A stretch of 64,000 nucleotides of DNA. Source: Octopus sinensis (taxonomy: Eukaryota). Location of the stretch: positions 118,916,001 through 118,980,000 of the forward strand of contig NC_042999.1 of assembly GCF_006345805.1 (NCBI RefSeq), in the 5' to 3' direction. The notes beneath the pieces were generated by a model. That model ran no database searches and had not been told where the DNA came from. It saw only the letters and a list, made by a program, of their open reading frames with translations. Made by a program: the position numbers and the translations under genes. Below are positions 1-12,324 of the stretch, piece by piece. Every line of letters starts with the position of its first letter. The stretch's first letter is position 1.

Positions 1-608
1 AGTCTGCTGGAAGATGATGTGTGACATTGACATGGGATGTGCTGGTGTGGATGGTTTTATGTAGTAGTCAGTACCATACTGTCAATCTGAGGCAGTCGAA
101 GTGTGTGATGGTGCTGGGCAAATTCATAAGGAACAGTTGACACAGTATTTGGTGCCGAGTGTGAAGTTAGCTTTGGTAGTTAATATGAACAGTGAACTTT
201 ATGAAATGGTACTGTGAATTTGGAGATAGCAACATTCCAGTCAAAAAAAGAAAAGGTAAAAAAAAATGATAGAAAATAAATCATTGGACTAGTGAATAAA
301 AGAAGAGCTCACTAAACGAAGTCTATACATTTCAGAGGTAAATAAAAGAACTCTCTAAAAATTCTCTAAAGAATAAATGTTTCATAAATGTTTATTCCCT
401 CTTAATTAAAGTTCTTTTATTTTGGTTATACTCAATGGTTTTGTTTGTTACTTTCAACTCTTCTAACTGCTTTAACTACTGCTTCTTCCATTCTAAGCCA
501 GCTGATTTGCTGAGCTCACCAACAGTCTTCTGAGCTATCACACACTGACTTTTGGAGCCTGTTGGTGGTATCAGGAGGTTGTGTGTGGCATAACATACAT
601 TATATATA

Positions 609-1648
609 CAATGTTGGGTAAATAAATTGTTGTCTAAATTATGCAAAAAGGAAAATAACACTCACATCTCATTTTAACAGATATATTTACCAAAATCTTG
701 AAATACTAAAGAGTAAATTTATTTAACAAAATCGCCACTGGCTTCAATCATGGCCTCCAGATGATTTCGGAATCTCCTGCAACTCTTCTGGATGGTCTCC
801 TTGTTTAAATTGGTGAATACTGCCATAATCCTTGCCTTCAGGTCATCTTTGGTAGAGCAACGAGTTTTGTTGGTCTCTCAATCAACTGCACCCCACACAT
901 AATAATCAAGGGGTTTGCAGTCTGAGGAGTTAGGTGGCCAGATGTTACAGGTGATGTGGTCACAGAAATTGTCTGACAGCCATGACTGGGTCCCCCTGTT
1001 TGTGTGGCATGGTGCAAAGTCCTGTTGCCAGACATAGGGTCTTCCAAAAGCCACTCTCTTGACCCAGGGCAGTATTACCTCTTCCAGGCACTTGATGTAG
1101 GCCACTGTGTTGAGTCTGAGGCCATGTGGGAAGATGAATGGAAGCATATCGTCGCCATCACTAGTGATCACTCCAAACACCATAATGTTGACTGGATATC
1201 ACACTTGGCGCATGTTTTGGGGACATGGCAAGTGAACAGTTGTTCTGTATGTTCACCATCTGATCCTGGCAAAAAGGGATCGTTGAACCTCACCAACAAA
1301 TTCAGGTGTTCTTTTCTTATCAGAATGATCAAAGTTAGTTTTCTGAACCGCCATACCTTTGTAATCACCTTTAGGCTCATCCAACTTTTTCCATATCTTC
1401 TGCACAGTCCTCAGATTGACACAAAGACCCTCTGAAATGTTTGTATTGGAGCTTCCAGTGTGAATGCCAATCAGTAAAGCATGTTGTTTCCAAATTTCTG
1501 GCAGAGTGAATTACAACATAGCGCTGTTTTTCTCACAGACGGTGCCCAACTGATCCTACTATGCTGTGTAGCCCACAAAATCAAAAACAAACTGTGCATG
1601 CGCGAAATTAAACATATGAAATGGTGACAATTTACCCATTTCACCCTG
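609..1648 (-). mobile_element. DD37D (maT-type) Tc1/mariner transposon remnant
   Basis: Minus ORF 878-1183 reads ...PYVWQQDFAPCHT...WPPNSSDCKPLDYYVWGAV, the catalytic region of DD37D transposases. Right end reads TA|CAGGGTGAAATGGGTAAATTGTC on the minus strand; left end is a degraded TIR flanked by TA. The N-terminal coding region is missing or disrupted. Confidence 0.85.
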
Positions 1649-1779
1649 TATATTATATTACACACACACACACACACTCATATGCACACATACATACACA
1701 CACACAAATTTATATATATATATAGACACACACACAATATACACACACGGATACACATATATATACATGTGTGTGTGTG

Positions 1780-2075
1780 TATAAAGGATTATAACTGATT
1801 GGTTGGGGTATTCAGCTCATGATTATAGTCGTGAGTCACCTGGCAAGACACTTCATTGGACGTTGCTTCAGTCCACTCAGCTGGTAAAAATGAATAAGTA
1901 CCTGTATTTCAAAGAGTCGACCTTGCTATAGTCTGTGTCATACTGTATCTCTCTGAGAATTATATAAAGGGTAGAAGCATCTGTAGAGTGCTCAGTCACT
2001 TGCACATTAATTTCACAACAGGTTGTTCCATTTGTTGGATCAACTGGCAGCTTCATTGTTGTAACTGATGGAGTT
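1780..2075 (+). mobile_element. tRNA-derived SINE (degenerate)
   Basis: Central block gcaagacacttcatt...cagtccactcagctggtaaaaatg is shared with the SINE copies at 41653-41907 and 43750-44050. Confidence 0.6.
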
Positions 2076-2656
2076 TATATGACAGGTGATAGTGTTAAAC
2101 TAGGTGATAGATTAAGTCAATCACACATGTCCAAGCAGGTTATTGAATGACTTTAACTGAGAGCACCTAGATTTGGAACAAAATACCATGAAATATTCTA
2201 TCCAATACTTTAATGGCTTTGCCAATTCGCCATCAGGGTGAATTCTTTACTAACATAGCATAAAATTAATAACTTTACACACGACTGAGATATAGCAACA
2301 CAAGTTTCCAGTTTCAAATATCTTTTTCCATCTCCATCCTCACCAACCAAAAGCTCTACGCTAACTACTGTTATCCACACTGGCATTTTGGAGTTGACTC
2401 TTCTGAGGAATAAGAACTTTAACAGTTAGTGTAAGACAGCTTTCAACATTTGAATGATATATCAATTATATGCAAATGGAGACAATCATAGAATGATGAT
2501 AATTACAAATATGCTCTGTGTCTATGAACAGAAGATTTCAAAGCATGTTTCAATGGAATAATGATGATCTTAACACATCAACTACAGAAAGACTTAATCA
2601 ATACACAGATCAAGGAAACAGATAACACATCCTACTCAAATGTCTTGTGAATAATA

Positions 2657-3198
2657 TTATGTTGTCCAGAAAGTTGTGAGCATTTTAAAGTTAAATATTT
2701 TAACACTTCATTGAACATACCTGAAAAGTAACACAGTTAAAACTTTAGCATTGCTTGAAGTGGTTGTGCATCTCTTCTTTGTCCCTGAATAAAAATAGAT
2801 TTATCTTTTATTCCAGTTACCTTTTATTGACGTTTGAAATAGATAATCAAAAATTTCATATTTGTGTTGTATTGCTTTTCTTTTTGAAAAAAGGAGAAAA
2901 TGTTGCAAAAATTTTCAAAAGCATTTGTGAAGTTTATTGTGATGCTGCTGCAGGTGAATCAGCTGTTCAAAAGTGATTTTCAGAATTTAAAGCTGGAAAG
3001 TTTAGCTTGGAAAATGACAGTTGCAGTGGAAGACCTTCAAATTTGGATGAAGATATTTTGAAGGCAAAAATTGAGGAAAATTCAAATATCATGACTAGAG
3101 AACTTGCAGAAGAATTGGAAGTTTCTAAAAGTACAGTTCATGAAGTATATCGCATTTTGCATATTAAAAAAACACTCAGAATATTATGGACAACCTAA
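2657..3198 (+). mobile_element. Internally deleted mariner element
   Basis: TA|TTATGTTGTCCAGAAAG...TATGGACAACCTAA|TA TIR pair. Encodes only the N-terminal HTH region (...KKGENVAKIFKSICEVY...SGRPSNLDEDILKAKIEEN...TRELAEELEVSKSTVHE) with an in-frame stop. Confidence 0.85.
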
Positions 3199-3379
3199 TA
3201 ATACACGATTATAATCTAAAAAGAAAAAAAAATGCAAGGTTTAACAGGTACTAATACTGTTGAGATTCCAGGCATCACTTATTGAGTTATTCTAGACTTG
3301 ACATTACCAACTTTAATAAGGGTACCAGATGTATTACTTAAAACATCCACTGTTTAAAAGACATTTGTAAGAAAGAGGT

Positions 3380-3545
3380 TCTAGTATAGCTGTGTAGCTA
3401 AGAAGCATACTTCCGGTCATGTGGTTTTGGTTTCAGCCTCACTGTGTAACCATCTGGGCAAGAGTCTTCTATTATAGCCTGGACCAACAAAAGCCTTTTA
3501 AGTGGATTTAGCAGATAGGAACTGAAGGAAGCTCATTATAAGCGT
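3380..3545 (+). mobile_element. CORE-type SINE head (degenerate)
   Basis: Similar to the reverse complement of the well-preserved copies at 21200-21605 and 50650-51055 (ctgggcaagagtcttct...gtggattt...gaactgaaggaagc). Confidence 0.6.
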
Positions 3546-3569
3546 GTATGCATCTATGTATGTATGTAT

Positions 3570-3990
3570 GATGGGTGTGAAGGGTGCCACTGCCTGAGGT
3601 GGCTCTTTGGGCCAAAGGCAGTATAGAAGAGCAAGGGGCATTTATCACAAGGGCGGATTGGCAGGGGACAAGGAAATGCAAGTTACTCTTTGCATCTTTG
3701 ACATCTGATCTTTGCTTCTTGATGTATGTTATTTTCCATCTGGTCTGTTCTCTTGACAATGATATACAGTCACCTTGGGTAGCCCTTAGCAATTATCTTC
3801 CAGACATTTGGATTAATGGGGCAGTAGAAGAGAATGGCTTGGAGCTGGTGGAGCCCCAACAGAATCTGGGGCTGCATGTAACTGGTGCTTGAGGCCAATT
3901 CCACAAAGAGGAGTTAACAGGTGAGACCTGTTTGAAGCATATGCATGATGCGTCCTGGCCAGTAGAGGCAGTGTTGTGCAAACATATCCC
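3570..3990 (-). mobile_element. Repeat fragment, possibly the 5' ORF region of a Penelope-like element
   Basis: Homologous to 7960-8335. Minus translation RWKITYIKKQRSDVKDAKSNLHFLVPCQS resembles the HLxFLxxC N-terminal motif of Penelope ORFs (inference). Confidence 0.35.
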
Positions 3991-4104
3991 AGACTTATTT
4001 CTGCATTTTGGAAATTGTGACTAATAAGACCAGTATCAAGAAGAGCAGTTGATCATGAAATACTTTTGGCTCCAAATTGCAAACATAATAGATATACTGT
4101 AGGT

Positions 4105-4480
4105 AATCATCATCATCATCATCATCGTTTAACATCCGCTTTCCATGCTAGCATGGGTTGGACGATTTTGACTGACGGCTGGTGAACCAGATGGCTGCAC
4201 CAGGCTCCAATCTTGATCTGGCAGAGTTTCTACAACTGGATGCCCTTCCTAATGCCAACCACTCCGAGAGTGTAGTGGGTGCTTTTACGTGCTACTGGCA
4301 TGGGGGCCAGTCAGGCGGTACTGGCAATGACCTCGTTCAAATGTCACTGAAAGTGCCAGTAAGGTGACGCTGGTAACGATCATGCTCGAATGGTGCCCTT
4401 TTACGTGCCACCGACATGGAAGCCAGTTAGCCACTCTGGTAACGATCACACTCGTAATATATCTGTTAACTTGCATGAGA
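4105..4480 (-). mobile_element. RTE-LINE 3' end / RTE-tailed SINE
   Basis: (CAT)n followed by cgtttaacatccgctttccatgctagcatgggttggac, the reverse complement of the tail seen at 60700-60770. Confidence 0.8.
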
Positions 4481-5414
4481 AAAGTACTTTGTTCTTCGTA
4501 TTCTTCTTACTGATACTTGCATGATAAAATAAATGATAACCATCATACTACATTTAATAAAATTACTATAAATGATGTTAAACAAATACAAGGATTATTA
4601 CTGTCTATCCACTGTCATGTTGATAGAGGTAGCAACTGACTGTCCATTTTACATTTTGTGAAAGAAAGAAGCTATTTTCAAATTTAGCTACTTCATAATA
4701 ATAATAATTAACATTTAATTTCAGAACTAGATCTAATCTATTTATTTTGTAGTAATGGAGACAATAAATAATATAAAATTCCTGTCACATATATGTATTT
4801 CAATCTTAGCTGGATCTCTTCAGTGTGGTGCAGAATTTCAGATTATTTGTGCAAATCAAGATAGAGATATTTTTTCAATCAGTAAAAAAAAGTAGTGCAC
4901 AACAAAAAGAGAGAAAAAAAAAAGAAGAGGATGAAGGAAAGAGAGAAGGAGGATAGATACAGATTTTCCCATGCTACAAAAAGATAGAAAGATATTAAAC
5001 ATACAAGCAGTTTTTAATTTTGGTTTTTTCTTCTCAGAACAGATTTGAAAAGAAAAATAAATTTGATATGGGAAAAGGAAAACGATTCTGTGAGAACTTT
5101 TATTACCTTTCCCCCTCACTATCTTTCACATTTGAAGAACCATATCTACTTTGATCTTTTTCACTACCTTTTCTGATTGGTAAACCTCAGTGTATTTCAC
5201 AAATAATCAGAAATTTGGCACCACACTGAAGAAATTCAGTTAACATCAAAATGGTAGATATGATTTTAAAATTTTATGATTTTTTATTAGCTGCATTTCT
5301 ATAAAATAAATAGATTAAACATCATTTTACAATTCGATTTTAACTATTACTGGTATGAATATTAAATAGTTTCTCCCCTTCATAAAAAAAATAAATTAGT
5401 GATCTAATCAAAAT

Positions 5415-5580
5415 GGCATTTGTATCATCATCATCACCACCACCACCACCACCACCACCATCCTCATCATCATCATCATCATCAATGTCATCATCACCAT
5501 CTTCATTATCATTGTCATCATCATCATCATCATCATCATCACTGTCATTAATATTGTCATCATTATCACTCTCATTGTTC
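5415..5580. repeat. (CAT)n/(CAC)n trinucleotide microsatellite
   Basis: Direct reading; it explains the poly-D/G and poly-S/P ORFs in the track. Confidence 0.95.
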
Positions 5581-5759
5581 AATGTTCACTTTTACTATGT
5601 TAGCTTGTATTAAATGAGACCTTTTGAGACAGTTTTCTTTTTTGTCCCCAAATGCTCTTCCAGTGGCCAATCCTTATTTTCAAGTAACACATCTTCTGGT
5701 ATTTTGAATGATAATCTACTCATTGGCTGAACATGTTTTTGTATCAGACATAAACACTC

Positions 5760-5774
5760 ATACATACATGCATA

Positions 5775-5849
<75 letters not shown>

Positions 5850-5892
5850 TACATAGATATATATATACATATATATGTATATATATATATAT
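5760..5892. repeat. (TA)n microsatellite
   Basis: Direct reading. Confidence 0.95.
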
Positions 5893-5897
5893 AATTC

Positions 5898-6490
5898 AAT
5901 ATAAAATAGTGTACATTTAAACAAAAAGAGAAATTACCTATAACAGGCAATTTCTACACGCTAGTAGACAGTCAAAATGACCAAAAGCCACAAAAATTTC
6001 AGCAATTTCAAAGGGAATGAAAAAAATAAAAACTTTTACCTTGCTTTTATGGTTATACCTATAGGTTTCAGATATTTTTAGTAAATAAAAATAATTTTCT
6101 AGGCAAATCCTCATCAGTAACCAAGCCATCCAAGATTAACCTATAATTATGAGACAAATAGCACGTGTCTCATCTTTATATGTTATAATTTTTTCACAAT
6201 CCACCACACAAGCGCAGTTTCAGTTGGCAGAAAATAAAAAATGCCGAAACAAACTTTGGAAAGCTAATATCAATACTCAGATATCTATGTAGGGTAGTAA
6301 ATTTATACAAATTTCACTACCAGCGGCCTAGCATGCATAAAAAGTCAATAGACGACATATTCAATATAAAATAGAATACATTTAAACGCAAAGAGAAATT
6401 ACCTTTAACGGGCAATTTCTACACGCTAGTAGACAGTCAAAACGACCGAAAACCACAAAAATTTCAGCAATATCAAAGAGATAAAAACAA
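5898..6490. repeat. Pair of diverged ~130-bp direct repeats about 460 bp apart
   Basis: aatataaaatag...catttaaac..aagagaaattacct..aac.ggcaatttctacacgctagtagacagtcaaaa...ccacaaaaatttcagcaat occurs at ~5898-6030 and ~6363-6490. Confidence 0.9.
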
Positions 6491-6715
6491 GGGAAGAGAG
6501 AGGGAGAGAGAGAGAGAGATGATGAACTTCTGTATAGTTTCTGTCTACCAATTTCATACATCTAAAGATACTAGCTCTTGTGAGAATGAATTGGGAATAA
6601 CATTGTATGATGTGAAATTCTTAATTAACAAACACACACATGTTCTTTTTCTCCCTTACATACACACATGGGTGCATGCACACAAACTTTTATTCTACTT
6701 ATTTACTGGTTTCAG

Positions 6716-6716
<1 letters not shown>

Positions 6717-6764
<48 letters not shown>

Positions 6765-6808
6765 CATACATACATACATACATACATACATGCACAATGC
6801 ACAGACAT

Positions 6809-6850
<42 letters not shown>

Positions 6851-6877
6851 AAACACACACATGCATCTACATACACA
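6717..6877. repeat. Compound (TA)n/(TACA)n/(CA)n microsatellite
   Basis: Direct reading. Confidence 0.95.
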
Positions 6878-7068
6878 CAAGGGGATGCTGAAAAGTTCCT
6901 GGCTTTGAGTAAAAGAAAATACAGTTAATCATGATTTTATTGAACATACTCCCCTCTAGGATTCGCACACTCGTTTCAGTCCTTCAGTTTTTCTAAGTCC
7001 TGTAAAAGTACTCAGAAGGTTGGGTCTCCAATAAAGCTTTTCGTGATACCCTTAAAGCCAGGAACTTT
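6878..7068. mobile_element. Mariner-type MITE
   Basis: Inverted termini AAAGTTCCTGGCTTT ... AAAGCCAGGAACTTT; the right TIR is truncated; no ORF. Confidence 0.65.
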
Positions 7069-7609
7069 ATGTGTATGAATGTATATACATGTGTGCCTGT
7101 ATATACATATTACAATTCAAAGATACCGTTATATATGCCATAGCCATAGAGAGATGTAAAACATCAATACTATTTATGTTCAGTAGCTTACCAGTGGAAA
7201 CCCTCGTCTATATGATATGGAGCAGTTGCCATTATATATCAAAATGCAGTAATCCAGCATGATCTCCTGACAGAAGAGGAGCGTCATGTGATAAATTGGT
7301 TTTGATTTCTAAGTAATCAAAAATAGTAGAATTAATCTAGGTTTGTTTTATCATAGAATGGGTAGTTCAAAATCATAAGAGATACTATCTTAAGATTCGA
7401 TTTTCTTTCTTTTTTTTTACACTGACATGAAAGATGTGTGTGTGTGAAAACGTGGTTGTGTAAAAGCAGGTAGAAAATATTCTTATGAAAGAACAGAATA
7501 CAAAATTTCTCATTTAAAACACTCTGTCATAATGCTATCAAGAAAAATATTTTTGGAAGTTATTTGCTGATAATTTCTTATACAGGTACTAGATTAGAAA
7601 TTTTGGATA

Positions 7610-7795
7610 TGAATTTAATTGATTTTTCTGGCCCCAGTATTTGAGTGATACTTTATATGTTAACCCTGAAAGATGAAAAGTAAAGTTGACTTCATCAGGA
7701 TTTGAACACACAGTGTAAAGAGTGAGAACAAACACTGCAAAGTATTTTCTAAGAAGGCTTTAATGGATCTGCCAATCTATGACCCTGGCTAGATA
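7610..7795 (-). mobile_element. tRNA-derived SINE (third family, degenerate)
   Basis: Reverse complement of the gtcaactttgcctttcatcc... body seen at 29272-29460 and 51620-52335. Confidence 0.55.
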
Positions 7796-7959
7796 TAGAA
7801 TAATAAAAAAAGGTGGTTATTTTTGCCATTCATTTCAAATTCCACAATATTTTCAAAATTCCTTGAAACACATAAACAGTCACCATTGGTGGCAGCAGCA
7901 GTTGCATTGGTGGTGGTAATGGAATTAACTGGTATCTGTGTGGTTAATCTGTATCGAGT

Positions 7960-8335
7960 GATTGAGCCTCTTCAACCTGATAGGTGTGAAGATTGCCAGT
8001 GCCTGAGGTGGCTGTTCAGGCCAAGGGTGATATAGAAAACCCGAGGTAATTTATTGCAGTGGAGGTTTGGTAAAGGATGATGAAGTGTGAGTCGCTCTTT
8101 GTGTATTCGATGTCTGATCCCTGTCTCTTGATATCTGTTACTTTCCATTTGGTCCGTTAGCTTGGCAATGACATGCTGTCACTTTAGGCAGTCCTTGGTA
8201 GTTGTCTCCCAGTTGAGTCAATGAGGCAGTGGAGGAGTGTGGCCTTGAGCTGATCTCAGGAGATGAATTTGCAGGACTCCACAGGTTCTGGTGCCTGAGT
8301 CCAACTCTGCAAAGAAGAATTGATGGGAAAGGGAC
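7960..8335 (-). mobile_element. Repeat fragment, possibly the 5' ORF region of a Penelope-like element (second copy)
   Basis: Colinear with 3570-3990 (gccactgcctgaggtggct / gccagtgcctgaggtggct; ttccatctggtc / ttccatttggtc). Translation KWKVTDIKRQGSDI...SHF. Confidence 0.35.
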
Positions 8336-8599
8336 TAAACAATATGTTTATTAGAAATATGGTCACAAAACAGTTAAGGTATGTAGCTTCTATATCTACT
8401 CTCTGAGGTATTAAAATGAAACAATGACCAGTGACTGCTTAACTAACCTTATTGAATTTATTGTCTCAACTGATTGAAATAATTGCTAATTGTCTTAGCA
8501 GCTTGGCAAAATATCCAATACTCACTGTCATTATTGATTAGACATAGTCATCAAATTTGTAACTTATAAATCATTTTCTTTGGAGATTTTTTTCACAAG

Positions 8600-8955
8600 G
8601 TTGTGAGAAGTCTTGAAAGAAATAAAACCAGCATACTCTGCAAGATGTGTGCTGTTTTGTGTGCATAAACAACATAGTACAATTGTGCTGAGAGAAAAAT
8701 TGAATACAGTTAGAGTCAGATATATATAGTGTGCAAGAAAGATACCTATAATGATATGGAAGTGTGATATATAGGGATGTGGCCAACTGTTTAAAGAATT
8801 CCCAATCACTTAATGTGGATGACACTTGCAGAAGAAGATTATCCAGGAATATATGGGATGAAGCTGTAAAGAGCCTTGAATCTGAGGGCCTTGAACTTCA
8901 CAGGGCCTCAAACATTACAGAGCAGATTATAAATGACCAAGACAACTGGTGATAT
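8600..8955 (+). mobile_element. RTE-clade LINE, decayed 3' ORF fragment
   Basis: Translation VLREKL... then DDTCRRRLSRNIWDEAVK resembles the RTE C-terminal GRPRKTWDEVVK motif; multiple stops. Confidence 0.55.
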
Positions 8956-9097
8956 ATGCTGATGCTGCTGATTAGATATGCATATATATATATATATATA
9001 CATATATATATGTAGGTCCCGGGTTGATTCGGGGTTAACCACAGTAAATAAGGTACTCAATACATAGCAGAGTAAAATTAATTTATTATATAGAAGG

Positions 9098-9148
9098 AGC
9101 TTCTACAGGACTAGAACTGTTTCATTCAAGAGAAATCTTCAGGAAGCT
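9098..9148 (-). ncRNA. Minimal type-I hammerhead ribozyme motif (Penelope pLTR type)
   Basis: Exact reverse complement of 11783-11833. Confidence 0.7.
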
Positions 9149-9348
9149 AGTTAACAAGAATTGGGGGTAGGCATAGCGCAAAAAATCATACTTGGGGGAG
9201 TGGTCAAGGAGTCAGTCTAAATTAGATAGGAGAATAAATAAAAAAAAAAAAAAAAATAAAAAAAAATAAATAAAAAAAAAAATAAATAAAAAAAATAAAA
9301 AAAAATAAAAAATAAAAAGATATAAAAAAATATAAATATAAAAAAATA

Positions 9349-9385
<37 letters not shown>

Positions 9386-10216
9386 AAAGGGGGGAATAGA
9401 GTTTTAGGTAAATAAGGAGATTCTCACTTATACCTCTACACATACACACATATATACACTCACACATACATATACATATCTACACATACACATATATATG
9501 TATACATACACACACTCACTTGCATACACGTATACACACATGTATATATACACACACGACCACACATACATATACACACAGAAAAATATATATATACACA
9601 TACACACACATACTCACATACACGCATACACACACATGCACACACAGCACACTAGTCCCTATATACACATATATACACATACACACATATATATACACCC
9701 ACACATACACATACATACACATATATATACATACATACACATACATATACACATATATATACATACACATATATATATATATACACATATATATACATAT
9801 GTGTACCCATGCATACCTACACATACACACATATATATATACATATACAAATACAGACCCATTCCCTAATTTTAATTTTATTATCTTCGTTTATTACTTT
9901 TGTTATCTTTGGCCGCTTGGTCACAAACATCTTGGCTATGACAGCCAGACCATTTATCCGGCTACTGGAAAACAATTACTCATTCACTCACGCACACTCT
10001 TTAGCACGTACACTCACTCATTCGTACACTCATACGCATAAACGCACGCACGCGTTATATTCATACATACATACATCTACATACATTCACGTATATACGC
10101 ATATGTACGCGTACCTACAGATTCATGTCTACACTCTTAGAAGGCTAGTCTATACATATACACCAATAAATATAAATACACACACATACATGTACACCTA
10201 CATACAAATACATACA

Positions 10217-10248
<32 letters not shown>

Positions 10249-10370
10249 CGCGTACCTACAGATTCATGTCTACACTCTTAGAAGGCTAGTCTATACATAT
10301 ACACCCATAAATATAAATACACACACATACATGTACACCTACATACAAATATACATGTACACATATACAT

Positions 10371-10501
<131 letters not shown>

Positions 10502-10617
10502 TGTATGTATTTGTATGTAGGTGTACATGTATGTGTGTGTATTTATATTTATGGGGTATATGTATAGACTAGCCTTCTAAGAGTGTAGACATGAATCTGT
10601 AGGTACGCGTTATATAT

Positions 10618-10655
<38 letters not shown>

Positions 10656-11502
10656 CATGTATGTATTTGTATGTAGGTGTACATGTATGTGTGTGTATTT
10701 ATATTTATTGTGTGTATGTATAGACTAGCCTTCTAAGAGTGTAGACATGAATCTGTAGGTACGCGTACGTATGTGTATATACGTGAATGTATGTAGATGT
10801 ATGTATGTATGAATATAACGCGTGCGTGCGTGTATGCGTATGAGTGTACGAATGAGTGAGTGTACGTGCTAAAGAGTGTGCGTGAGTGAATGAGTAATTG
10901 TTTTCCAGTAGACGGATAAATGGTCTGGCTGTCATAGCCAAGATGTTTGTGACCAAGCGGCCAAAGATAACAAAAGTAATAAACGAAGATAATAAAATTA
11001 AAATTAGGGAATGGGTCTGTATTTGTATATGTATATATATATGTGTGTATGTGTAGGTATGCATGGGTACACATATGTATATATATGTGTATATATATAT
11101 ATATGTGTATGTATATATATGTGTATATGTATGTGTATGTATGTATATATATGTGTATGTATGTGTATGTGTGGGTGTATATATATGTGTGTATGTGTAT
11201 ATATGTGTATATAGGGACTAGTGTGCTGTGTGTGCATGTGTGTGTATGGATTTGTGTGTGTATGCGTGTATGTGAGTATGTGTGTGTATGTGTATATATA
11301 TATTTTTCTGTGTGTATATGTATGTGTGGTCGTGTGTGTATATATACATGTGTGTATACGTGTATGCAAGTGAGTGTGTGTATGTATACATATATATGTG
11401 TATGTGTAGATATGTATATGTATGTGTGAGTGTATATATGTGTGTATGTGTAGAGGTATAAGTGAGAATCTCTTATTTACCTAAAACTCTATTCCCCCCT
11501 TT

Positions 11503-11552
<50 letters not shown>

Positions 11553-11782
11553 TTTTATTATATTTTTTTATATTTTATTTTTTATTTTTTATTTTTTATT
11601 TTTTATTTTTTATTTATTTATTTTTTTTTTTTTTATTTATTCTCCTATCTAATTTAACACTGACTCCTTGACCACTCCCCCAAGTATGATTTTTTGCGCT
11701 ATGCCTACCCCCAAAAAGTCCCCCACCAACACCCCTTTAAACCTGCCTAAATGTATAAATGCCAATACAATTCTTGTTAACT

Positions 11783-11833
11783 AGCTTCCTGAAGATTTCT
11801 CTTGAATGAAACAGTTCTAGTCCTGTAGAAGCT
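11783..11833 (+). ncRNA. Minimal type-I hammerhead ribozyme motif (Penelope pLTR type)
   Basis: AGCUUC-CUGAAGA-UUUC UCUU GAAU-GAA-ACAG UUCUAGUC CUGU-A-GAAGCU. Stem I 6 bp, CUGANGA and GAAA core, stem III 4 bp with a CUAG palindrome in its loop, GUA cleavage triplet. The base of stem II is a non-canonical U-U. Confidence 0.75.
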
Positions 11834-11864
11834 CCTTCTATATATACATATATATATATATATA

Positions 11865-12260
11865 CCTTTTACTTTCAGTTATTAGACTGCAGCCAAGCTG
11901 GGGCACATTCTTGAATTTTAGTCAAATAAATCAACTCCAGTACTTATGTTTTTAAAGCCTGGTATTTATTGTATAGGATCCTTTTGCCAAACCGCTAAGT
12001 TACATGAACTTAAATACACCAACACTGATTGTCAAGTGGGGGTAGAACCAAACAAGGACACAAAAACATAAGTACACAGACACACATATGCACATACGCA
12101 TACAACTGGCTTCCTTCAATTTCCTTCAACCAAATCCACTTACAAGGCTTTGGTTGGCTGATGCTATAGTAGAAAACACTTGCTCAAGGTATCACACAGT
12201 GGGACTGAACCTGGAACCATGTGTTTGGGAAGCAAACTTCTTACCACACAACCATATGTG
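11865..12260 (-). mobile_element. CORE-type composite SINE
   Basis: Colinear with 21200-21605 (ttttactttcagtt..., caaatccacttacaaggc..., gggactgaacc). Confidence 0.75.
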
Positions 12261-12324
12261 TGTGTGTGTACTATATATATTATATACATTGTATGTAATA
12301 CAATAATATATACTATATTATATA

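Noticed and set aside
1-240. Minus-strand frames resembling an exon (…EFAQHHHTLRLPQIDSM…) or a Penelope RT (IKFT…TDYYIKP)
   Set aside because: Stops in every frame, motif spacing longer than expected, and truncated by the window edge.
5340-5950. Poly-D/G, poly-S/P and YI-repeat ORFs
   Set aside because: They are translations of (CAT)n, (CAC)n and (TA)n microsatellites. The same applies to most ORFs in the track.
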